Assembly (NCBI GenBank): GCA_964568455.1
Contig: CAZMPJ010000001.1
Coordinates: 233,691-297,690, forward strand
Direction: 5' to 3'
Length of the DNA: 64,000 bases
Origin: an uncultured bacterium
Lineage (GTDB): Bacteria; Margulisbacteria; WOR-1; O2-12-FULL-45-9
In this document: one piece after another, positions 1-9,142 of the stretch
Numbering within the stretch: position 1 is the first letter of the stretch
Layout of the letters: every line of letters starts with the position of its first letter
Notes under the pieces: generated by a model
Told to the model about the DNA's origin: nothing
Seen by the model: only the letters and a program-made list of their open reading frames with translations
Database searches by the model: none
Made by a program: the position numbers and the translations under genes

Positions 1-1
1 A

Positions 2-814
2 AAAGCTTTTACTAAAAAGTATTCCCAGCCAGCTTTTTCTAGTGTAGCTGAGTTAATGGAAAAAGCAAAACCAGAGGTTGTTGCTGTTGCTGTGCCAACA
101 AAGCTTCATTCGAAGGTCTTTTCACAAGTTATAACTGCTAAGCCCAAAGCGATTATTTGTGAAAAACCAATTGCAGCTGATTTAGATTCGGCTAAAAAAA
201 TGACGCAGGCAGCAGACTGTCCGGTCTTGGTAAATTATCCTCGCCGTTTTGAGCCGGGAGCTAAAGGATTAAGAGAATTAATAAAGTCAGACTTGTTTGG
301 AGAAATCTATAAGGGAGTTGTTTTTTATAGCAAGGGAATATTAAACAATGGCTCGCATTATATTGACCTTTTATTGTGGTTATTGGGTGAAGTGACAGAG
401 ATTAAAGTTTTAGCTAATGGCAGAAAGATTAATGATTATGATTCAGAGCCTGATGTAATGATCAGGTTTGGTAAGGCTGCCGTCTATTTCCTAGCTTGTC
501 AAGAAGAGAGTTTTTCTGTAATCGACCTAGAATTGATTGGAACTAAGGGTAAAATTGATTATAAGAATTTTGGCGCTACAATTAAATACCAAACTACTCA
601 GCCTGATCCTGTCTATCCAGGATATACCATTTTAGCTGGCAACGAGAAATCAATAAAAACAGATCTTAACCGTTCTCAGTGGTATGTAGCACAAGATTTA
701 GCTGACTATTTGACTGGAAAAACAACTGATCTTGTTTCTTCGATGCCAAGTGCCTTAAAAACCATGGAAGTAATAGATGAAATATTTAAACAAAGAAAAA
801 AAGGAGTTAGTTGA
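2..814 (+). CDS. Gfo/Idh/MocA family oxidoreductase (5' truncated by window edge)
   Basis: Frame is open from position 2 (KAFTKKYSQPAFSSVAELM...); motifs AVPTKLH, CEKPIA, NYPRRF, NNGSHYID. Confidence 0.9.
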   Translation, partial: KAFTKKYSQPAFSSVAELMEKAKPEVVAVAVPTKLHSKVFSQVITAKPKAIICEKPIAADLDSAKKMTQAADCPVLVNYPRRFEPGAKGLRELIKSDLFGEIYKGVVFYSKGILNNGSHYIDLLLWLLGEVTEIKVLANGRKINDYDSEPDVMIRFGKAAVYFLACQEESFSVIDLELIGTKGKIDYKNFGATIKYQTTQPDPVYPGYTILAGNEKSIKTDLNRSQWYVAQDLADYLTGKTTDLVSSMPSALKTMEVIDEIFKQRKKGVS

Positions 815-2094
815 TGAAAGAAAAATTAGCTTTGTTTGGTGGACCAAAAACAATTGACCAGGAATTACCACTTTATAATTCGATTGGCCAGGAAGAAGTG
901 GCGGCTGCCAAAGCAGTTATTGAAACTGGGGTGCTTTCTAGATTTTTAGGTTGTTGGGAACCGGATTTTTTTGGTGGTGACAAAGTTAAGGAGTTTGAGG
1001 AAAAATGGGCCAAAGATTTTAAAGTTAAACATGCGATTTCCGTTAACTCAAATACTTCTGGTTTAATGGCTGCAATCGGTGCGATTGGAATTGAGCCGGG
1101 TGACGAAGTGATTGTTAGCCCTTGGACAATGTCAGCTTCGGCTACGGCAATATTAGTTTGGAACGCGATTCCTGTTTTTGCTGATATTGAACCAGAAACC
1201 TTTAACCTTGACCCAAAATCTATTGAGAAAAATATCACTCCATATACTAAGGCTATAATGGTGACAGATATTTTTGGTCAAGCTGCCCAATTAGATGAGA
1301 TTATGGCAATTGCTAAAAAACATAATTTAAAAGTGATAGAAGACAGCGCTCAGGCTCCGGGAGCCATTTATAAGGGCAAAGCTGTTGGGACTATTGCCGA
1401 CATTGGGGTATACAGTCTGAACTATCATAAACATATTCATACTGGTGAAGGTGGGATGTGTGTGACAAATGATGAGAAATTGGCCGAAAGAATGCAATTA
1501 ATTCGCAACCATGCGGAAGTGGCGGCCGAGGGTAAGGGAGTGACTGATTTTACTAATTTGTTGGGTTTTAACTTCCGTTTAACTGAGCCGCAAGCTGCCA
1601 TAGGGATTGAACAGTTGAAAAAGTTAGAAAAACTGATCAAAGGACGAATTGCGGTGGCTGATAAATTAACTGCTGGCTTAAAAGGTTTAAAGGGATTAAG
1701 ACTTCCTGTTGTGATGGATGATTGTTTTCATGTTTATTATGTCTATCCTTTAATTCTTGATTTGGCCGAATTAAAAGTTGATCGGAAGAAGATTGTTGAA
1801 GCTTTAACCGCTGAGGGAGTTCCAAATATTGGACAGGGCTATCAACTTCTTTATCAGTTACCTCTATATCAAAAAAGAATTGCTTATGGAAAAAGCGGTT
1901 TTCCTTGGACTGGTGGGATTTACAAAGGCAAGGTTAGCTATGCTAAAGGTATTTGTCCGGTTGCAGAACAACTTCATTTTTCGTCTTACATGGGCTTAGA
2001 CCTCTGTGTCAATAATTATCAGTCTGCGGAAATTGATTTAGTAATCAAGGCGTTTAAGAAAGTTTGGGCCAATCTGGAGGAGTTAAAAGCTTGA
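814..2094 (+). CDS. DegT/DnrJ/EryC1/StrS PLP-dependent sugar aminotransferase
   Basis: IEDSAQAPG, YSLNYHKHIHTGEGG (catalytic Lys present); ATG 814 after GGAG, ORF track starts at TTG 811. Confidence 0.92.
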   Translation: MKEKLALFGGPKTIDQELPLYNSIGQEEVAAAKAVIETGVLSRFLGCWEPDFFGGDKVKEFEEKWAKDFKVKHAISVNSNTSGLMAAIGAIGIEPGDEVIVSPWTMSASATAILVWNAIPVFADIEPETFNLDPKSIEKNITPYTKAIMVTDIFGQAAQLDEIMAIAKKHNLKVIEDSAQAPGAIYKGKAVGTIADIGVYSLNYHKHIHTGEGGMCVTNDEKLAERMQLIRNHAEVAAEGKGVTDFTNLLGFNFRLTEPQAAIGIEQLKKLEKLIKGRIAVADKLTAGLKGLKGLRLPVVMDDCFHVYYVYPLILDLAELKVDRKKIVEALTAEGVPNIGQGYQLLYQLPLYQKRIAYGKSGFPWTGGIYKGKVSYAKGICPVAEQLHFSSYMGLDLCVNNYQSAEIDLVIKAFKKVWANLEELKA

Positions 2095-3533
2095 GAATTT
2101 TGTTTATTAATTCATTTGATGATGTTCAATCAACTGATAAGCCATTGCGAACTCTTGAGCAAATCAGTTTTGGAATTTCATATATTTCTGCTTTGCTAAA
2201 AAAACATGGGCATAATACGAAATTACTTATTTTAAGTCGAATCATGGGAGATAAGAACAAAAAGAAAATTGAACTTTGTTGCTTAGAATTTCAACCAGAT
2301 CTAATCTGTTTCACTACTGTAGCCAGTGAATATGAGTTTATGTCGGAGATGGCCAGCTTTATCAAGTTTTCTTATCCTAATATTTATCTTTTGATTGGTG
2401 GACCACATGTTTCTTTAAATCCAGAAGGTGTTCTAGTGGATAGCTTTGATGCTGTGTGTGTGGGCGAGGGGGAATTTCCCGTGCTTGAATTAGTAAAGCA
2501 ACTTGAGTCAGGGAAAAGACCTTCTTTGATTGCAAATCTTTGGTTGAAAGATAATGGAGAGACAGAAAAAAATCCAACTCGACCGTATTTGCAAGACTTA
2601 GACAGTTTGCCTTTTGCTGACCGTGAAATTTGGCTAGATCAGATAGAAAAGGATATCCCAATTACTCGATTGCCTGTTTTGGTGGGACGAGGTTGTCCTT
2701 TTCAGTGTACTTATTGTTGTAACCATGCTTTGAGACGTTTGGCAGAGGGTAATTATGTCAGATATCGTTCACCAGCCAATATTGTGGCGGAGATTAAAGA
2801 GCTTAAAACCAAGTTCCCAAATCTTAAAGAAATTTATTTGGAAGTAGAAACTATGGCGCAAAACAAAGCTTGGGCAATTGAATTGTGTCACGCTTTAGAA
2901 GGTCTAGAGCTTTCATTTGGGACCAATATAAGAATTACGCCCAAAGCTGACCTTAAAGAACTATTTGCTGCTTTTAAGAAAGCTAACTTTCGCTTTATTA
3001 ATATTGGCCTGGAATCAGGTAGTGCTAGATTGCATCAGGAAGTTCTAAAAAGAAATTATTCTAATCAGGATATTATTGAGGCTGTTCGCCTAGCCAAGCA
3101 AAATGGTTTGAAAGTTTGTTTCTATAACATGATTGGTTTTCCTACTGAAACTCTGGAAGATTTTCAAGAAACAGTTCGGATAAATCGAGAATGTTTGCCG
3201 GACTGGCATTTTACCTCAATCTTTTTTCCTTATCCTGGTACAGATTTATATCGCTTAACCAAAAGTCAGGGATTGCTGACAGGAAAAATTGATAGTCAGC
3301 TAGAAAGAAGAAAGGCAATTCTTGACCTGCCAACTTTTCCCAAGCGATTGATCCAAAAAAGTTATGACTGGTTTGATTATTATGTATATAAGGGGCAAAA
3401 GCCACTCTACAAGATTATCCTGAGGATGGTTGGATTAAAATTGAAAGCAAACTATGTTTCTGGCTATCTTTATCGTCAATTAATCAGGTTGCCGATTTTG
3501 CAGCAACTTAAATTGTATTTGAGGGAATATTAA
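2091..3533 (+). CDS. Cobalamin-binding radical SAM protein (class B methyltransferase-like)
   Basis: B12 domain (IGGPHVS, VGEGE) and GRGCPFQCTYC CxxxCxxC motif, IGLESGS, GFPTET; TTG 2091 follows GGAGGAG and overlaps the upstream stop. Confidence 0.88.
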   Translation: MRILFINSFDDVQSTDKPLRTLEQISFGISYISALLKKHGHNTKLLILSRIMGDKNKKKIELCCLEFQPDLICFTTVASEYEFMSEMASFIKFSYPNIYLLIGGPHVSLNPEGVLVDSFDAVCVGEGEFPVLELVKQLESGKRPSLIANLWLKDNGETEKNPTRPYLQDLDSLPFADREIWLDQIEKDIPITRLPVLVGRGCPFQCTYCCNHALRRLAEGNYVRYRSPANIVAEIKELKTKFPNLKEIYLEVETMAQNKAWAIELCHALEGLELSFGTNIRITPKADLKELFAAFKKANFRFINIGLESGSARLHQEVLKRNYSNQDIIEAVRLAKQNGLKVCFYNMIGFPTETLEDFQETVRINRECLPDWHFTSIFFPYPGTDLYRLTKSQGLLTGKIDSQLERRKAILDLPTFPKRLIQKSYDWFDYYVYKGQKPLYKIILRMVGLKLKANYVSGYLYRQLIRLPILQQLKLYLREY

Positions 3534-3534
3534 G

Positions 3535-4479
3535 ATGAAATGTTTAATTGTTAGCCATGATGCTGGAGGGGCAGAAATTGTTTCTGCTTGGGTTAGGCGT
3601 CATCCAGAAAACAACTATTTGTTTGTTTTAGAAGGCCCGGCTAAAGAAATATTTAATAAGAAGATTAAAAACATAAAAAATATGAGCAGAGAAAATTTTA
3701 AAGCTTTAATAAAGCAAGTTGACTTAGTGCTGACTGGAACGGGTTGGGGCTCTGATTTAGAGAAAGTTGCCATGAAAATAGCGAAGTCTCAAGAAAAGCA
3801 GTGTGTTTCTTTTGTTGACCATTGGACAAATTATCCAGAACGGTTTAAAGATAATGATAAATGGATTCTGCCAAATGAGTTGTGGGTTGGTGATGAAAAA
3901 GCCTTAAAGGAAGCTCAGAAAACCTTGCCGAAAGAATTAAAACTCCACTTAGAACCTAACCCATATTTTGAGGATATTAAGCAAGAGATTGATAATCTGC
4001 AAGTTAAAAACAAAAAGAATGATTTTCTCAATATATTATATATTTGTGAGCCTATTTATGAGCATGCGAAAAAAAAGTTTGGTGATGGTTATTATTTCGG
4101 AGTTACAGAAAAGGAAATTATGGATAAGTTTCTAGCTGCTTTACCAGGGAAAATTCCTAGCAATAAACCTTGGCAGCTGCGCTTGCGCAAACATCCTAGC
4201 GAGTTGCCAGACAAAAACAAGTATCTTGATTCGTTAAAAAAGTGTCCGGGCTTGCCAATTGAATTTAGTAGTAACACCTCGTTAGTAGAAGATTGTGCTT
4301 GGGCTGATTGTATTGTTGGCGGTGATAGCATGGGGCTAGTAATTGGAGACAAGGTTGGGAAAGAAGTCCTTACTGTTTTGCCGCAAGGTAAACTTACTTT
4401 TTCGTTGCCGTTTGAAGGAATAAAATCATTTTTTCAGCCTGCCTGCCGGCAGGCAAGGGAGGAAAAACTAAATGGCTAA
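3535..4479 (+). CDS. Hypothetical protein, GT-B-like putative sugar transferase (paralog of 31756..32799)
   Basis: HDAGGA, VDHWTNY, NPYFE, LRKHPSE motifs shared with the 31756 ORF. Confidence 0.55.
   Translation: MKCLIVSHDAGGAEIVSAWVRRHPENNYLFVLEGPAKEIFNKKIKNIKNMSRENFKALIKQVDLVLTGTGWGSDLEKVAMKIAKSQEKQCVSFVDHWTNYPERFKDNDKWILPNELWVGDEKALKEAQKTLPKELKLHLEPNPYFEDIKQEIDNLQVKNKKNDFLNILYICEPIYEHAKKKFGDGYYFGVTEKEIMDKFLAALPGKIPSNKPWQLRLRKHPSELPDKNKYLDSLKKCPGLPIEFSSNTSLVEDCAWADCIVGGDSMGLVIGDKVGKEVLTVLPQGKLTFSLPFEGIKSFFQPACRQAREEKLNG
4438..4458. repeat. GC-rich REP-like palindrome CCTGCCTGCCGGCAGGCAAGG (encodes PACRQA)
   Basis: Perfect 16-bp palindrome TGCCTGCCGGCAGGCA at 4440-4455 in an AT-rich context. 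Confidence 0.7.
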
Positions 4480-5449
4480 TTACACGTTTAATAAATGTGA
4501 GGATAAGGAGCTTTGGGATAATTTTGTAGAAGCTTCTCCCCAAGGTACGATATTTTCTAAAACTGCTTATCTTGATTGTCTAAACGAAAAGTATTCTATT
4601 TATTTAGTCAAAAAAGGAGATCATTTGGCTGGTGGTACGGTAATTTTAGAAGATGAGCATCAGAAACCGCTTGCAGCACCGTATCCCTTTACTCCTTATC
4701 AGGGAGTTTTATGTCGATCGCTTGACCGTGATGTTGTTTATGATAAAAATGAAGAAGAATATGATGTTTCGGAAGTGATTATTAATCATTTAATCGAAAT
4801 TTATGGTTCTGTTTCTTTAATGCATTCACCCTGGTTAAATGATGTGCGGCCTTTTTTGTGGAAAAATTATCATACTCCGGAGCAAGGTAAATTTGATGTT
4901 TCAGTCTGGTATTCAGCTATTGTTGATTTTAAAAATCTTAGTTTTGATGAATATCTGATGAAGACTCGTAAATCGCGCAGACGTGAGTATGCTAAACGAG
5001 ACAAGTGTGTAATTGAAGAGTCAGATAATGTTGAATTGTTATGTGAATTACAGGCTAAGACCTTGGCGCGGCAAAATGTTCAAATGGCAGAATCAGTTAA
5101 GCAACTAGCTATAAATATTTCCAAAGGGGCTTTGGCCAAGCAGTTTGGTCGGGTTACTGTTTGCAAGATTGATGGAGTTATAGTTTCTGCTTATCTGCTG
5201 ATATATGACAGTAAGCGTGGCTATGCTGTACTCAATGGCAATGATCCGGAATTTCGATCTTCTGGTAGCGGGACAATTATTACTTTGGATAATATGTCAT
5301 ATGTAATGAATGAAAAGAAATTAACTCAATACGATTTTTTAGGTGCTAATTCGCCTGCCAGGGGAGATTATAAGATTAGCTACAATTCTCAATTGTTACC
5401 GCATTTTCTGACTAATTTTAAAGCAGAAAATTTAGGGAGGCGCGCTTGA
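4472..5449 (+). CDS. GNAT/FemAB-like (Acetyltransf_6) protein
   Basis: WDNFVEASPQGTIF N-terminus, RKSRRREY, YDFLGAN, YKISYN C-terminal pattern. Confidence 0.75.
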   Translation: MANYTFNKCEDKELWDNFVEASPQGTIFSKTAYLDCLNEKYSIYLVKKGDHLAGGTVILEDEHQKPLAAPYPFTPYQGVLCRSLDRDVVYDKNEEEYDVSEVIINHLIEIYGSVSLMHSPWLNDVRPFLWKNYHTPEQGKFDVSVWYSAIVDFKNLSFDEYLMKTRKSRRREYAKRDKCVIEESDNVELLCELQAKTLARQNVQMAESVKQLAINISKGALAKQFGRVTVCKIDGVIVSAYLLIYDSKRGYAVLNGNDPEFRSSGSGTIITLDNMSYVMNEKKLTQYDFLGANSPARGDYKISYNSQLLPHFLTNFKAENLGRRA

Positions 5450-6537
5450 AAACTGTTGCTCTAACAAAAGATAAATACAAAGACTGGGACAAATTCTGTC
5501 TAGAATCTGATGATGCCTGGTTTGTGCATACTTCCAAATGGCTAGAAATGAACTATCAATATAGTAAGGAAAGATACTGTTCAAAGAGTTTAAGCTTTTT
5601 TGTGGAAGATGATTCGGGTGTTTTAGCTGTAGTGCCTTTGTTTTTGGAAAAACGCAGTGAGCTAGGAGATGAAAATCATTATGAGTTTTCTTATGGTGGC
5701 CGCCGCTATGGTATAACTCCGGCTTTACGCAATGATCTTAGTGAACAGCGCCGGGAAAAAGTAATTAAGTATATTTTTGAGCATCTTGACGGTTTAGCCT
5801 TGGAAAATAATGTTACTCGTAGTTGCTTTCGCATTACGATGCTGGCACCGAAAAAACCAAAGTTTAACTGGATGATGAAGTACGGCTATTTTGATGCCCC
5901 AGTTAACACGCAGTTAATCGATCTTACTTTGCCGCTTGATCAGTTATGGAGCGCTTTAAGAAAAGGGCATAAATACGATGTTAACCGCGGCAAGAAGTTT
6001 TATCAAATTCACGTTTTTAGTAAAGAGAATCCTGATAAAGAAGCCTTTGAACAATATCGGCTTTTACATCACAAGGCTTCTGGCCGAGTTACTCGAGGCA
6101 GAGAGACATTTGATTTAATGTATGATTGGCTGGTTTCTGGCGAAGGCGTGCTGTTTGGTGTTAGTAAAGATGATAAGTTTGTCGGGTTTTCTTATGTTAA
6201 TGTTTACAAAGAAACTGCTTATTATAGCTCGGCTAGTGATGATCCAGAGTTTGTAACTAAAATCCCGATCTCTCATGTTATCCAGTGGGAGATAATTGCC
6301 TGGCTAAAACAAAACGGATATAAAACTTATGAAATAGGCTTGCAGCAATTTGGTCCCCAGTTTTTTGATGTGCCATCACCCAAGCATTTACAAATTTCTC
6401 TTTTTAAGCGAGGTTTTGGCGGCCGGACTGCACCAATTTTTCATGGGATTAAATATTACAATGAAGAATATATGAAAAAAGAACTGGAGCATAATCTCCA
6501 GCAAATTATTAAGGAGCATAGTCGTGGATTGGACTGA
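5446..6537 (+). CDS. GNAT/FemAB-like protein
   Basis: WDKFC, IDLT..DQLWSALRKGHKYDV, QWEIIAWLK, FKRGFGG typical of FemAB-related proteins. Confidence 0.8.
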   Translation: MKTVALTKDKYKDWDKFCLESDDAWFVHTSKWLEMNYQYSKERYCSKSLSFFVEDDSGVLAVVPLFLEKRSELGDENHYEFSYGGRRYGITPALRNDLSEQRREKVIKYIFEHLDGLALENNVTRSCFRITMLAPKKPKFNWMMKYGYFDAPVNTQLIDLTLPLDQLWSALRKGHKYDVNRGKKFYQIHVFSKENPDKEAFEQYRLLHHKASGRVTRGRETFDLMYDWLVSGEGVLFGVSKDDKFVGFSYVNVYKETAYYSSASDDPEFVTKIPISHVIQWEIIAWLKQNGYKTYEIGLQQFGPQFFDVPSPKHLQISLFKRGFGGRTAPIFHGIKYYNEEYMKKELEHNLQQIIKEHSRGLD

Positions 6538-8188
6538 TAAATATAATCAAAAAGAAACAGCCAAAAAAGCCAATCAATTGATTGACGATATCATCAAAGA
6601 ATTGCATCAAGCTGGATTGGCAATTTATCGGGATTTCAGCTTATGGGAATTTACTTTTTTGGTTCGTTTTCCGCTTCACGTTGGTGTAAACCTCTTTATT
6701 GAAAAAATGATGCGGCAAGCTCATTGTCCAAAAAAATATCCACAGGTTGCGGGTGAGCAGCACCATTTTAAAGATACACAGGAAGCGGTGGTGGTTTACT
6801 ACTATGATTTTTACTTGAATTATAAATTGCTTAATGATTTGGCCGATGTTTTTCAGTCGCCAGACATAGCTCAGACTCAAGCCACATCTTTACCGCGGGA
6901 AAATAAGTTGGTTTATAAAAATAAGCTTACTCCCGGGGCTATAAAATGGCGCATCACGAAGTTTTTGGCTAACTTACGGGTGAGACTAGAAAAACCGTCC
7001 ATTGTTGGTGAATATTCAAAATGGATGAAAGAGTTTTTGCCAAAATCACAAATTTTCCATTTTGATTTTGAAGGTCAAAGCCACAAAGCAGATGCTCAAA
7101 TCAGACAAAAAATCCGCGCTTGCTGTGAACGTGTTTTTTCGAGCAAGATTGACGGTTTCTTAACTTCTTTAACGGAAAAGCAGAAAACATTACTAGTCGC
7201 GCGTTTGGCGGAATTTGTTGATTATATTTTACCGATTGCTGTGGTAGAGGGATTAGCCGAACGGCACAAACATTACCAGAAACTTATAAGAAACTGGCCA
7301 ATTAAACAATTACATTCGTTTGTGGGTTTTGTTTCAAATGAAAATTGTAAACTCTTTGGTATTTTGGCTAAAAGGAAAGGGGCAGTCTTAGTTGCGCAGG
7401 AACATGGAGCAGCTATTCCTCACTGGGTTTATAAATTTGTTAAAAACGAATTAGTTTTTGTTGATTATTATATCTTTTGGGGTAAAAAGAATTGTAATTG
7501 GTTAAAAGGCGAAGAAAAACTTGATAATCTTAAAATTGTAAATGCTGGCAGTGTTTTTCTAAATAACATAAAGAAATGGAAAAAAAGACCAATTAATCCG
7601 ACAGCCTTTACGGTTTTATATCCTTCGGGGCCATTGCTTGATTTTATGACGGATATTGAAGATCCCACTCCAGAGAAAAGTTTGCAGCTTAGAATGCAAA
7701 TATTAACCATGCTTAAACAATTATTAGCTAAGTATCCAGGAATGAAAGTATGGTATAAGCCATTTCCTGGTACTTACACCAATGATCCAATTAAAAAAAT
7801 CATGGCTAAGGAAATTGCCGAGAACAGAGTTCAATTGGTAAAAGAAAAGCCAGCTGCTCTTTATTATCAGGCAGACATTGTACTTTGGGATACTATTAGT
7901 ACTGGTTTTGCTGAGTGTGTACAATCTGGCGTGCCGACTTTGGTTTTTCATTCTCAGGATGAATATAAGCGGGCTGCTTTATTAGGTCAGAATATAGCTG
8001 ATGATCTGAAGCAAGGTGAGATAGCTTTCTATTCAAAGGAAGCTGGTTTGAAATCTTTTGAGCGAATCTTAAGTGATTCTGCTGCTTTTATGGCTGAGGG
8101 AAGTGAAGCAATCAAACGCTTTAAAGAGTCAGTGGCTTATCCGGTTACAGGGTCTGAATTTAAAAAAGAAATAAGGATTATCCAATGA
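6524..8188 (+). CDS. Putative transferase, LIC12162-like surface-carbohydrate protein
   Basis: AQEHG and YIFWG motifs, C-terminal STGFAECV..GVPT; resemblance recalled, not searched. Confidence 0.5.
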   Translation: MDWTDKYNQKETAKKANQLIDDIIKELHQAGLAIYRDFSLWEFTFLVRFPLHVGVNLFIEKMMRQAHCPKKYPQVAGEQHHFKDTQEAVVVYYYDFYLNYKLLNDLADVFQSPDIAQTQATSLPRENKLVYKNKLTPGAIKWRITKFLANLRVRLEKPSIVGEYSKWMKEFLPKSQIFHFDFEGQSHKADAQIRQKIRACCERVFSSKIDGFLTSLTEKQKTLLVARLAEFVDYILPIAVVEGLAERHKHYQKLIRNWPIKQLHSFVGFVSNENCKLFGILAKRKGAVLVAQEHGAAIPHWVYKFVKNELVFVDYYIFWGKKNCNWLKGEEKLDNLKIVNAGSVFLNNIKKWKKRPINPTAFTVLYPSGPLLDFMTDIEDPTPEKSLQLRMQILTMLKQLLAKYPGMKVWYKPFPGTYTNDPIKKIMAKEIAENRVQLVKEKPAALYYQADIVLWDTISTGFAECVQSGVPTLVFHSQDEYKRAALLGQNIADDLKQGEIAFYSKEAGLKSFERILSDSAAFMAEGSEAIKRFKESVAYPVTGSEFKKEIRIIQ

Positions 8189-9141
8189 AAAAAAACAACA
8201 AAATAATTGGTTTGTGGAGAACAATTAATCCGGAGCATAAACTTCTATCAGACAAAGCGGCTTTTCCTTTAAAATATGTTTTTCCTAGTGGACGTCAGGC
8301 TTTAAGTGCGGCAATTTCAGCTGTTAACTTGGGCCGTTCTGCTCGTGTAGCAGTGCCTGAGTGGAGCTCACATTGTGTTGTTAGTGCGGTGGCACGCTAT
8401 GCCATGCCTATTCCTCTGAATGAAGTTATAGCTAATAAAATAAAAGTTGATGGGGTTTTGCTTTATGAACAATGGGGCTGGTCGTTTAGTAAAGAAGTCA
8501 AAGCAGAGTTAGGTAATTATTTTAAAGATTCAGTTTTTATTCTCGATGCAGTTGATTCTGCTGGTTTTAGTCCAGAAGAAAAGAAACGCGGTAAAGATTT
8601 TATCCATTTAACTAGTTTGTCGAAACTTTTGGGTTTATCTGGTGGGGGAATTGTTAGAGTTAATGGCCATTATCTTGAGTTTAAGGCTACAGCTCAATCA
8701 AAACAGTTATTAGACAAGATCAAAACTGATTTGCCAAGCTTAATTATGAAGCAGGATATTGAGGCTTTGGATGAAAAGCTAGAAAAATGGTTGCAACAAA
8801 ACGATTTACTGGCAGCAATTGAGCAGGAGCGAATGATACGGCAACAAAACCTAACAGATTTGTTAAATAATTCTTTAACTGAGAACTGGCCGGCTTGGAT
8901 GCGCCAGGCTGTTGCTAGTGGGGCTGGCCCTGGTATTGCACCGCTATTTCGCGGTGTGGCTAAAGAAAAATTAGTTGTTATTCAAAATGCGCTATTAAAT
9001 AATCAAAATATTGAAACCAGCATCTATAATTTTAATTGGTCAGGTAATCCACTAAAACCACAATATGAACCTTGTTTAGCCTTTCCAGTGCATGGATTAG
9101 TCTCAAATCCAGTTGCTATCTTGAAAAGGATAATAAAATAG
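8185..9141 (+). CDS. Divergent DegT-like putative PLP-dependent enzyme
   Basis: PSGRQAL, VPEWSSHCV, ILDAVDS, TSLSKLLGLSGGG, C-terminal FPVH; only 318 aa. Confidence 0.6.
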   Translation: MKKNNKIIGLWRTINPEHKLLSDKAAFPLKYVFPSGRQALSAAISAVNLGRSARVAVPEWSSHCVVSAVARYAMPIPLNEVIANKIKVDGVLLYEQWGWSFSKEVKAELGNYFKDSVFILDAVDSAGFSPEEKKRGKDFIHLTSLSKLLGLSGGGIVRVNGHYLEFKATAQSKQLLDKIKTDLPSLIMKQDIEALDEKLEKWLQQNDLLAAIEQERMIRQQNLTDLLNNSLTENWPAWMRQAVASGAGPGIAPLFRGVAKEKLVVIQNALLNNQNIETSIYNFNWSGNPLKPQYEPCLAFPVHGLVSNPVAILKRIIK

Positions 9142-9142
9142 T

